Shown here piece after piece: positions 1-11,500 of a stretch of DNA of 64,000 nucleotides. Where the stretch lies: contig MU006089.1 in the NCBI GenBank assembly GCA_010093705.1, positions 2,839,561-2,903,560 on the forward strand, read 5' to 3'. Both the position numbers and the translations under genes were made by a program. Each line of letters starts with the position of its first letter. Positions within the stretch are counted from its first letter, which is position 1. The notes below the pieces were generated by a model, which saw only the letters and a program-made list of their open reading frames with translations, was not told the DNA's origin and did no database searches. The DNA is from Patellaria atrata CBS 101060. Lineage: Eukaryota.

Positions 1-1221
1 GATCCTGAAGGGGTTTACCCGTTAATCGGGCAATAAGCTCATTCGCAAAGCCCACACCTTGCGTTGGGCCGAGCGGGTTGCCGTGGCTGAAGCCATACCA
101 TTTACCAAGGGTTTGGTACCAGTCATAGATGCGCCATTCATCTTCATTGAAGAGGTCACAGAAAGGGGAGATCTCGCCGGTTGGGGAATGAACCGTCTCA
201 AAGGCGCAGAGATCCATGAGATAACTAGCTTCTTCCGAGGAAACCTTGAGGCCTGGGAGTTCCCGCTCGAGTCTCTCTTGAATTACAGGGAAAGCTTCTT
301 TGGCGTACTTGTCTTGGGCAATGGCTGCGAGGTGGCCATTATGACCAGTATCGCTTTCGAAATTCTTGCATAGGCCGTGATTCAACGTGTTATTAGATCC
401 AGGTGCTTCACTAATGACTACAAAATCATAGTGTCGACCATCTTTAATCGAGTCCTTATTCATAAGGTCGGACATCTTCGCTTGGTGGAAACCTTCAATC
501 CAGTATTGTGCGGACATGACTACCCTGTCCTGACCTGACGCTCTAACAAAAGGCATGTAATCCACGGCAAGATCTCTGTACCGTTCATAGTATTTGATTC
601 CGGAGTCATAAAGTTCTTGCTCCCCGAACTTGCTCAGTTGATCTTCCCCGAGAGTGTACTCATAGTCTTTCAAAAAAGCATATTTCCCATCAAACACTTC
701 CACATCCGACTTGATTTTCTTCACCAAGTTCCTATAGTAAATGGTCTTGTATGCCGTTGGGTCCCGAGCCCCGTGCCTGGACAAGATCTGTACGAAAGTG
801 ATCTTGCAGGTATCGGGTACCGTGTTATTGATCTCCGATGGGACACTAAAGTACGGAGAATATTGACCCCAGTAGTGGGATATTTCTGGCCTGCATTGGT
901 ATCCATGCTGACGTGTATCACACGGATTCCCAGGACGTTGGACCTGTGAAATATCGGTTCTGAGCCACGATCTAATGTGATCGCAAAGGATTAGTGCTAT
1001 AGTTTAGGAAGGGGTATGTGTTGGGAGTCGCACATTGGATGTCTTATGAAAAAGACGACAGCAGTAATGGTTGCAAGAGCGACCCATAATCTCCGTAGGG
1101 ACGAGTCCTCCTTTAAGAGCTTCCGGGACGGTGATCGCTCGAATCTGTGCACGGGTAATTCTGACTGGAATCGTCCGGCCTTGTGTGGGACGCGAATTCT
1201 GTTGAAGTTCTGTTTCTCCAT
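1..1221 (-). CDS. Histidine acid phosphatase / 3-phytase A-like (3' end runs off window start)
   Basis: Manual minus-strand translation gives CDTRQHGYQCRPEISHYWGQYSPYFSVPS...ILSRHGARDPT (RHGxRxP catalytic motif near 760-785) and SPFCDLFNEDEWRIYDWYQTLGKWYGFSHGNPLGPTQGVGFANELIARLT, typical of fungal PhyA. Intron 972-1033 (GTGCGA..CACTAAT..TAG) joins the 1221 ATG exon in frame. Confidence 0.92.
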
Positions 1222-2540
1222 TTTGACGATAAGGTTGGGAGAGAACAGAGTACCGGACTCTTTTCAATTGGGAAATCGTTCAGGACATGCCCCAAACCCA
1301 AGCTGCCAGCAGTTTGAGGGGAGACAACAAGGTGAAGATTGCTAACAGAAAGGCTTGGTGGTCTGCGCTCAGGAGAATGTCCCGTCCTAAGCGGCAGCGC
1401 CACTTCCATTAAAACCATCAGGGTAAGTGCCAAGACGTGGCTAGTATGTGGCTGTGCGGTGCACGTACAGTTTTATGTCAGCCGAATAAAGCCAAACAAG
1501 ACAAACTCGGAGACAGCAAGAACCGTCAGTCCGTCAATGCTCTTTACCAGCTTCACACGCTCCACCACCACAATTAAATTCCCCATATTCTCCGTATGAA
1601 TATCCATCACCCAAATTCTCGTTTATGCGAACTGTCCATGTAGAGATCTTGCCAAGTTTGAGTGGCTTTCTTCTGTTTGCTTATTTCCATCTTTATTGTA
1701 CATACAGTACATACATTCTCCTCTAAATCATCATCAATTGTTGGAATTGGAGTTCAAAGTTGGTCTTCCATAACCTTCCCTCAACTCCTTCCGCCCTCAA
1801 TCTCAATTGCCCACCCGAACTCGGCCACGATCGTCCACACGTCTATCAGATATCGGTCAAGTCACGGGAGAACGCCTTTGGGATTTGAGGGTTTCGCTTC
1901 TTATCGCGGGGTCGTTAGTCGATGCACCAGCTGCTCTTGATGGTACACAAAGTAGATCTATACATCAGCCACGAAGGATTCCCAGGGCTATAAAACGGAC
2001 GAAAACTCCACCTTCTCGTGGGAGCAAGACCTCTTTCAACAACAACCTTCGATAAGATGCTGACTTGGTCCGCCCGTTTCCTTTTCATAGTCCGCCATGA
2101 TATCTATCCTGCAATGAAGAAATGCACTGTCTCACCAATGAAACGTCGTCCGCGATACACAGTCACTGCTCTCTCTATTTCGACCAATGATCTGTTCAGG
2201 GCTCCTTGCATAATCCCAAAAGGGTTCTTGGGGAAGACCACAATGTGCACCTTGAAAATCATATCCTGAACCTCAAACAATATCATAGTCCATGAAATCA
2301 TTACCGATTCAGCTCACCGTCTTACGCCTTGAAATTGATCCATCAGGTTTTTCTGGCAGTTTTCCTTATCTATCATGTTACCTCCCTTGCCGACAAGTTC
2401 ATATGCCGAATCCTTCGTGTCCTCCACATTCTGAGAACTGTGGGAGTATTTTCGAATATATATACGTATAGTGTAGAATTAATTATCTTCTCTTTCTTTT
2501 ATGTCTCAGCAGTCCTCTTCCATCTCCCTCAAGACCAACC

Positions 2541-4228
2541 ATGCATTTCCAGAAAGAAAATCCTCATTGTGCAGTGGACGATGAGGTCCAACTCGCCGCT
2601 ATGGGCCACAAGAGTGAGCTCAAGCGTAATTTTTCTCCCCTGGCTATGCTAGGTCTCGCTTTTGCAATCATCAATTCCTGGGTTGCTCTCTCCGCAAGTC
2701 TTTCACTCTCCCTCCCAAGTGGTGGTACTACATCCGTCATTTGGGGTCTTGTCACTTCTGCTATTTGCAATCTTGCACTGGCATCATCACTCGCCGAGTT
2801 TCTATCTGCCTATCCTACTGCCGGTGGTCAATATCATTGGGTCGCTGCCATCAGTCCAAAGCCCTGGGCCCCACTTCTTTCCTGGATTACAGGATGGATC
2901 AACGTGGGTGGATGGATTGCACTGGTTGCAACTGGTGGACTCGTTGGAAGTCAGCTCATTATCTGTATCATCTCCTTCGAGAACGACTCGTATGAGCCGA
3001 AGAATTGGCATCAATTCCTGATCTACATCGCATTCACCGTCTTCGCCTTTGTTATTAACGCTTTCATGAACTCCGCCCTACCACATATCAATACTGCGGC
3101 GATCATCGCATCATTTACCGGCCTCATCGTCATCTGTATCACGGTATTAGCATGCGCCTCTCCCAATTTCTCTACTGGGGACTTTGTCTTTGGTACCTTC
3201 ATTAATGCTACTGGTTGGCCTGATAGTGTTGCTTGGATCCTCGGTCTGCTTCAGGGTGCTCTCGGGTTGACTGCATACGACGCCGTTGCGCACATGATTG
3301 AAGAAATCCCTAATGCTTCTGTCGAAGGCCCCAAGATTATGGTCTGTACCGTCGCCATGGGTGCATCAACTGGCTTGGTCTTCCTCATTGTACTCTTGTT
3401 CGTTATAGGGACAGTCCCCCTTGAGGAGGTCATCACTTCTCCTTACGGCCCACTGCTAAAGATTTTCCACATTGCTACGGAGAGCAAAGCCGGTTCAATT
3501 GTTCTACTCTTGTTCCCACTGGCTTGTCTACTCTTCGGAACAACTAGCATTATGACGACCTCTAGCCGTATGACCATGGCCTTCGCCCGTGACGGTGCTC
3601 TCCCTTACTCCAGTTTCTTCGCGAAGGTTCACCCGACTTTGGGCATGCCACTCAACGCTCTCATGCTCACCACCATGCTGGTCATTATCTTTGGTTGCAT
3701 CTTCTTGGGCTCAAGCAGCGCGTTCTTTGCTATTGTGTCAGCATCAGTTGTTGCGCTTGGCATCTCATATGCAATCCCTATCGCTATTCACTGTATGCAA
3801 GGCCGTCCAGAGTTACCACCACGAAGCTTCGTGCTTCCGAAGTGGCTGGGCTGGACATTCAACATCATCGGTCTCATATATATTGCCGTCACGACGGTGT
3901 TCTTCCTATTCCCGCCTTATTTGCCTGTTACTGGTACTAATATGAGTAAGTCCTTCCATAGTTTAAGAGTCTTACGAGATGTTTAATGAGACTTTGCTAA
4001 TGTGATATAGACTATTGCATCGTCGCCTTCACAATCTGGATCATCATTAGCACGATTCAATGGTTTGTTGATGGCCGGAAGAACTACACAGGTCCTCGCC
4101 ACGATGTTGGCGAAGAAGTCTTCATTGAGGCAACTCGCGCCCTTGGACACCAACTTGAGCATTGCGACTCGGACATCAAAGATGTCAGCTCGGATGGGGG
4201 TAGTGAAAAGAAAGCACTCTCATTTTAA
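2541..4228 (+). CDS. APC-superfamily amino acid/GABA/choline permease (UGA4/HNM1-like)
   Basis: 481-aa ORF with ELKRNFS, LAEFLSAYPTAGGQYHW, AHMIEE and FARDGALP motifs and many hydrophobic helices. Intron 3946-4010, last exon NYCIVAF...WFVDGRKNYTGP ends at TAA 4228. Confidence 0.93.
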
Positions 4229-4423
4229 GCCGCTCGATGCTTGAGCCGAGTCATTCCACTTTTTGTATATATTCCCTAGTAGCTCAACGCTGGCGTGATG
4301 CAGATATGGGAGGCATATCCGTCTTTCGTTCCCATACGACAAATGATAAATTTTATTGATCTCACTTTTATCCTTCATCCCCATCGGAGCTCATATCTAC
4401 CTCACTCCCACTCACCTCGACCT

Positions 4424-5425
4424 CTAAAGCCCAAACCACGCCTCACTAACCGACAAATGACTCGGCACACTATGCCCGACCCCCTGCGCCCAAATCCCCT
4501 GCACCATCTCCCCAAAATCCCTCGTCGTATACCCCCTCTCAGGTGTATCCTTGACCTCCCTCGTCGGTACCGTCGCACTGACATTGAACACGCCCGTCCA
4601 CTGGTCAATCGTCTCCTGGTAGTTATTCGGCGACAGCGTGCCGTCGGCCGACCCGTGCCAAATCTGCATCTTTGGCCGCGCCCCGGTGTAACCCGGGTAC
4701 ATGTTGAAGACGTCCTGCGCCCATTGGGCGGGGGTCTTTTGGGAGCGGCCGCCGGAGCAGTCGTTGTTCCAGGCTGCGACTTGGTTGGAGGAGGAGACGA
4801 AGCAGTTTGCTGGCACGCCGGAGTAGAGGGATACTGCGGACATGAGGGAGGGGTAGGTTGCGGCGAGGACGTTGGACATCATTGCTGTTTGTGTTAGTAT
4901 ATTGCCGAAAAAGGGGGGGAAAGGGGGGGGGGGGGGTTGGGACATGGGGAAGGAACCTACCTCCGCTGGATCCCCCGGTAACGTACACCCTCGTGGCGTT
5001 GACGTTATATTTCTGGATGGCGTAGGTGATCATGTTGGCGATGGCGTTGGAGTCGCCGCCGCCGTTGTGCGTGAGCGAGCTCTTGCTCGAGACGTCCCAG
5101 CAGGTGCCGCTGTTGGGACTGCTGGGCCAGAGCGTGATGTAGCCCTTGGCGTCCGAGCCTTGCTTCCACGGGATCTTGCTGTTCGTGAAGTAGGATTGCG
5201 CGGACGACTGGCAGGAGTGGATCGCGACGACGAGGGGTGGGTTCGGGACGACTTTGTCGGGCACGTAGATCCACCTGTGGGGGGTTAGTGGGAGGGTCTT
5301 AGGGTGTATTTTGGGGAGATGTACATTTGTGCTCGGCCGGCGCCATAGCCTTGGACTTGGGTAAGTTGCGCTGCTGAAGCGGCGGAGATTAGAGTTAGGA
5401 GAGAGCCTAGGTTAGAGAGCAGCAT
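4424..5425 (-). CDS. Secreted acetylxylan/feruloyl esterase, carbohydrate esterase family 1
   Basis: Signal peptide MLLSNLGSLLTLISAASAA, then YVPDK..PPLVVAIHSC, CWDVSS..SLTHNGGGDS, nucleophile motif VTGGSSGAMM (GxSxG), PKMQIWHGSAD and GVGHSVP. Two introns (~5275-5325, ~4885-4960). Confidence 0.92.
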
Positions 5426-6714
5426 TTTGAAGACTTTTCAGGTATCAAGATAAGGTCGATAGTAGGGGAAGGTAGGTGCTGGGCGAAGAGGATCCTATAT
5501 ATCTCCATTGTGACTGCTGTAGTAATTGATCGTTGCTGTGTGATTTTCCTGCAGTTGCGTATGTTCAATTTAGAAGTCGTTTGGAGTATAGTCAACGAAA
5601 TCCTGGGGTAAGAACAGGGGTGTTTACCGGTTGAACGGAAATATGGACTCAAGCTTTTGCCGAGTCGCAGATCATGGAGTATACAAGTCTAGAAATATCT
5701 TTCTGGATACTCTTGTGAGCGGGTAAGGCAAATGGAGCAAGAGTGGTCCGATTTGTTATCGTTGGCGGATGTAATTAGGGCTATTGAATGTCTAAATTGT
5801 GCCTCTCTTCCCGTTTTCCGCTATTATAGGCTTTGATGCTCTAGTATCAACTAATTAATATATTGATCGAATAGCCCCGCTATCGTTGGCATATTTTCAC
5901 TCGACGGACGTTCGGAGGGACGTTCGTCGTCATGTGGAGGGTCTTCTCAATATGGTACCTACCCTAGAGGAGCGGAGTTATAAGGTCCAGGTACTATGAC
6001 CGAGTTCGTGAAGCTTGACGTCCTAGATCATCGCAATATATTATATCATCTTCCAAATGCATAGATTCAAGCGAATGGAGAGAATGATGACCGAGGGGTT
6101 GACGTATAGTCATCTCTTTAGGGGTTGGCCTATTTTCTTCTTCCGATGTTGAAAGTTCTTATTCCCTGCTATAAGATCTTTTCCTTCCCTGTCCATGCTT
6201 TTTTACGGGCCTTGCAAATTTTGGAAATATGTAAAGATAATGGCATGGGTGTTCCATCTAGATATTCCTCCAATCAGCCGTACAAAGCAAGGATCCAATC
6301 ATAGACTGCGATTGGGTGTAGTTTGGAATATAAACTGTAGTATTTCATGTAGCGGAAATATCACTATATGTAAGCTGGTGGCATATCGTAAGACTAACCG
6401 AAAGTTCTTTCAAATTGAGATGATGAAGACACAGATCTCAATGTTATCTCACATAACACAAGGAGAGACAGAAATGCGACACCGTGGACCAAATTGAGGC
6501 TGAGTATGATCTGTGCAGTAAGTACAATCCATCCCACAAGATTAGCAATTATAAAACACCTGCACAAACGCTTAGTTATTCCCTCTCCGAAGCTCTTTTC
6601 CGCTAAGCCTTACCGCTAAATGTAAAAACTAAGTCCTAGCACGTCATATCCAAATTATCAAACAGATAAAAACTCCCAACACTGGTAGTCGGAGTTCAGT
6701 CAGACTCACTGGCC

Positions 6715-7661
6715 TTACCTGAACTTCCCCGGCCTCTCCGGTTCCTGACTCGGTAACTCGTACGCCTGCTGCTGCTGCCCCGGCGGTTTCGCAGCTGCCG
6801 CATCCATTTCTACGTATCCAGTATATGTGGCGTCATTCATGGGACCCGTGGGTACCTGTTGCATCTGGCCATAACCCTGGGTATTGGGCCCATAAGAATT
6901 AGCCGGAGGGGCACCGTAGACCTGTGCCGCCTGTGGATAGTGCTGTGGTTGCGGTCCTTGCGGTCCAGGTAAGCCTCCCGCAGGACCCGCTGCCGCAGTC
7001 TCTCTCTTGTTCTTCTTCCGTTGGCGGAAGACGAGGAAGGCGACGAGCAGTGCAATCAGAACGATAGCTGCGACACCGACACCGATGCCAGCTTTCGCAC
7101 CCGTGGACAACCCGTCGTCAGATGTCGAGGCATCGGTATTGTCGCCTAGTGAGGTTGAACTGGGGCGGGGATCTGCTCCCGAGGCGGAGATGTCGGTGGA
7201 GGATGCGGAATCGGATTCTGTAGAAGTTGAGGTGGGTGTCCTTGTGGGCCTGGATATAGCTCGTGTGGTTTGGGTCTGCTCGGTCTGCTCTCGTCAGCTT
7301 ACTATGATCCCGATTGTGTACGCGAGGTTGCACTTACAGTACGACCAGTTGGCGTAGCTTCCGCTTGCTCCGTGTTAGGACTCGGTGTAGTAGCGACAAC
7401 ACCAGGACCCAGAGTTGCGCAACAACCTGGACCGTCAGAGCAGACCTGTCCATTATTGCAGCAGACTTCTCCCTCAGTGGGTCGGTAACAGAGACGTTGC
7501 GGCCATCCTCCTGAGCACCAATCCCATTGCGAACCGCCGCGTCGACAACACTGGAGGTCGTTGTCACCTTCCACGCACGACCAATTCGTAGCTCCAGAAT
7601 CCGCTGCGCTTGTAGTCACGGTAGAAATAATAGGATTGAGAACAGTACTGGCCTCAGCCAT
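6715..7661 (-). CDS. Single-pass membrane protein: Cys-rich N-terminus, Ser/Thr stalk, Mid2/Wsc-type TM segment and Pro/Gln/Tyr-rich tail
   Basis: ORFs 7302-7685 and 6715-7110 join in frame across intron 7285-7337 (GTAAGT..GCTGAC..CAG). TM segment GLSTGAKAGIGVGVAAIVLIALLVAFLVF followed by RQRKK; tail has EMDA and YELP motifs. Start codon uncertain. Confidence 0.75.
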
Positions 7662-8513
7662 ATTGAAAGTCGTCAAAGGGTCCAAATTTCAGGGTGGTGA
7701 TCGATCGAGCGTTTCAACCCTTGGGCGGAACAGGTAGGAGAGCAGCTGAAAAGTGATAGCGATCAGAAAACGCAGCCTTGTCAACAGGCCGTATAGCAGA
7801 TCGGCGCTTAAAGTTCCTCTTGTGATGGGGAACCCGACACCGGTGTAACAGAAGTTTTCTGGATTGAGTACGAAACGCGCCAAACGCACTGTACATATGG
7901 TGATGGCCGCGAGTGAGAAAATGCTCTGGATGTTCAGTTACTGTGTTACAGAATCCATAACGGGCGGGCGGGTTTTGGCGAGCCAAAATATAGATCTCGA
8001 CGCCAATGATAACTGGAGGCCTAAAGGGAAGATATGCTGGTCATCGTGGATTCTCCGCTGCTGAAAGCCTGAAAGAGAATCCCCTCTTGGCTCAGGGACC
8101 AAGGGGATGTTCTGTATTTTTGGTGATTTGGTCGAGGGTAATCCTCGTATATCCGCTTTCAGCCTCAAAGATGATGACCGTGCGGTGGGGGCCAAAATAT
8201 GTATTACATCTCAAGCTACCAATACTCAACGAATCATGAAGTGCTTATCAAATTAAAACCGACCGAAATGGATATAAAACCGGAGGCCTCGGCTTGATTT
8301 CACACCGATTACAAAAAAGGGGTTGCTTGGACAAACTATAATTCACATCAATCAGAAGTTGTAGATAAAAGTAATATACTCGAGTGCTATACCATCAACA
8401 TCATCCATCCACCGTAGTTTTGTAGTACTGGATATCATATACAGAGCTCGTAGAACAGACATTATTTAAAATCAGTACTGAAATTGAAGGCATGCATAGG
8501 CAGTCTACCTCAT

Positions 8514-11500
8514 TTACTGTAGCATATTGTCAAGAGACTCCCCTAAGATCTCCTCGATCCTCTTGATCCACCTTAGAGTTTCCCGTTCAACGATCTCATC
8601 ATCATCCTCTTGCAGCTCACTTATGACTGGAAGCATCTCAGGTAATAATGCAAGCCAGTCCTCACCTAATCGATCTGTCAAGCTTTGCTCACACTTTACA
8701 GCTGCCAACCTTATATGAGCATCTTTGGATGAATGCATGAGTTTGAGAATTTTTGAATTCATCTCCTTGTGGTGATCAGGCGAACTAGCAGCAGCCGCAA
8801 ACTCTGTGACTGCGGGAATAACCACTTCGATAATGTAGTCGGACGAGTTAATGGACAGCTGAGAGAGTAAAGGGTCTACAACGACATCAAAATGCGATGG
8901 GTTTTGCCAGAAGTCTAAGTGTACAATTAGCTAAACTCACGATGACGCAAGCCACTGAAGGTACTCACCGTCTTGATCATACTGGAAGCTCTTGAGAAGC
9001 GCATTCATGACAACACTTCGCAACTTGTGCGATTGCAGAGAAGAATCTTTCCCACCCATAATCTCCACTACAGCATCGAGCACGTAGCTTGAGTAACTTG
9101 TAACGATGGACTAATGGAGTTAATTAGTATTATTCTGCTTGAAAGACGAGAGTACAAGAATTCAAACCTTTAATCTGTAAAAGAAAGTGTCGAGGAATAC
9201 GAAAAGACTAGTCAATCTCAACGACCGTCCCCTGTGGTCCTTCTTGGGTAACCCTTTCGACGCCCATTCCACCATCCTGATGAAGAATGGACGGAACGAT
9301 GCATCATTCAATTTCATTGTCATGGTGATAGCTACATCACATAACTCCTTTTCAACATGCTCAATGTCGGAGTCGCTATAGAACTTAACTAAGCCCTGAG
9401 CTTCTCGGAGTCTGCGAAAATCGAACGCGTTCAAGAGAAAGCTGAACAATATTTGTGAGTTCTTGACAATCGTCGACTTTGTATGTATTTCAACAGCTTT
9501 GGCAAGCATTATCAGATGTTCGTCCAAGGCCTGTGATATGTTAGCGTTGGATCCAGAACTAGTGCGAGAAACCAAACGTACCGAGACACCTGTAGTGATC
9601 GCGCTATCCCAGTTCCTTTCAATAGATGAGAAGCACTCTTGTGGAGCTAGTTGTGTTGCAGCAAGATTGAGCAGGTTGACACGGCTGTTATGCGCAGCAC
9701 TACTCAATTGTGCCGATGCAAAACCATGGGACAGTTTAATGAGAGAATCCATATCAGTACTCGATACCATGAAAGGTAGGTGCTCGAAAATGGAACATAA
9801 TAGACTGTAAGAGGCCGTATACAGTTGCTCGTTGATGGTTTTGACGTGGAAGCTCTCGCTCAGATACTCAAAGCATCTCGGAAGTACTCGGGGTAATAAG
9901 GATACAAACTCATCTTGTAGAACCTCAACCATCGACGCTAGACAATGTAATGATAGTGTGCGAATAGTACTGTCATCACTACCCAGGGATTTTGCTCCTG
10001 TAATGACGTCTGCAGTCCTAACAATAGTACTCGTATCTTTCTTACCGAACTTCTGCGCTATTTGATCAACACATGTGACTGCAATTCGCCTTAGAGCATC
10101 ATCCGAAGTCTCCTGTATGATAGAGCTAAGTTTTGTAAGGAAGGCAAGAATTGAGTCTCTTGAGCGATCATCTCCTTGCTTAACTGACGTGATCTGGGTC
10201 TCAAAAGACTTAAGAACGATACGAGGAACCTCAGCATTAGCATTGTCGAGGAGGGAGCTGGTAGATGCGACGAATTCGGGAGTTGGAATCAAACCAAATA
10301 ACGTTGCTAAGACATTAGAGGCAGCATAGTGAAGATCCGGTTGGCTTTTGATGAGCTGGGATACTGAGATAATTCGCTCCAAGATATCAGCGTATACCGA
10401 TCGCACTGCAATAGACGTTGCTCCGTCGACCCTTAACTGCTTCGAGAGTCGAGATCGTAATTGCTGATCGTGGAGAATCTCGGACAGAGATTCGAGTAAC
10501 CGTAATATAGTAGCGGAGATGTATTCAGGACTTTTATCGTTGAGACTGAAAAGCACTTCTGAAATGGTCCGTCGCTGTTTCAATGAATCAATGATAGATT
10601 CAAGATATTTCTTCACAGCCTATACAACTCATTAGCAGTAAGTAACCGATGGTATCTGCTTAACTATACCTTAAGCTCCGTAAGCGCATCAAATGTCCTC
10701 ATTAAATCCATTACAAATGGAACAACCTTACTATCAGTCCGATATTTATGTAGTAAAATTGCGACCACAGCGAAGAGCGAGTCCTCAGCTCCTAGAGTAG
10801 AGACTAATTGGTTGAATAGAGTAAGCCTTCGATGTGATGGAATGTGTTCGAACGCAGCAGCAAAACTAAATAAGATTTCAGCTGCGCCTATTATGAGATC
10901 CTGATTCCTCTTTCTTAATGAAGCTACTAGAGGTGGAATTACGGTAGAAACTGTCTGATTGACCACATATGCCGAATAGTCGTCACTCTGGCGCATCAGT
11001 GATGTACTCATGAAGGTAAATACAGGCATGACACTATGCAGAACAAGCCCTGGAACCCATGCAGCCAGGCTGGATATTAGAAGGAGTGCTGAGTTCTGGA
11101 CTTGAGGATTGGAAGCATCGCGCACGCTATCGACGAGCAAGTCTGCACGGATAACGGATTTATCAACGTTATCATCCCCTGACACTTTCAGTCTATTGAC
11201 TATTGAAAGTAGACATCCAATCGTTAGGCTCTGTAGATAGACTAGATTTGAGCTCGTTTGCGTTCGGAACTGTTGTATCTGCGCTAGTGCATGAAATAGT
11301 CCACGTAGAAGCTCAGGATGCTTTTCCGGATTGGAGCCCTCCGCAAGTTCAAGGACTAACGTATATTTCTGGAGAATTTTGGCCGTCTCTTCGGTGTTTG
11401 TTACATCAATTCGAGACATTTCTGCTCGACTTGTTCTCCTGCGCTTGGCCGATGGAGCTTTGTCGGGCATATGAACTGCGTTCGGAAGGTCATCCAGAAA

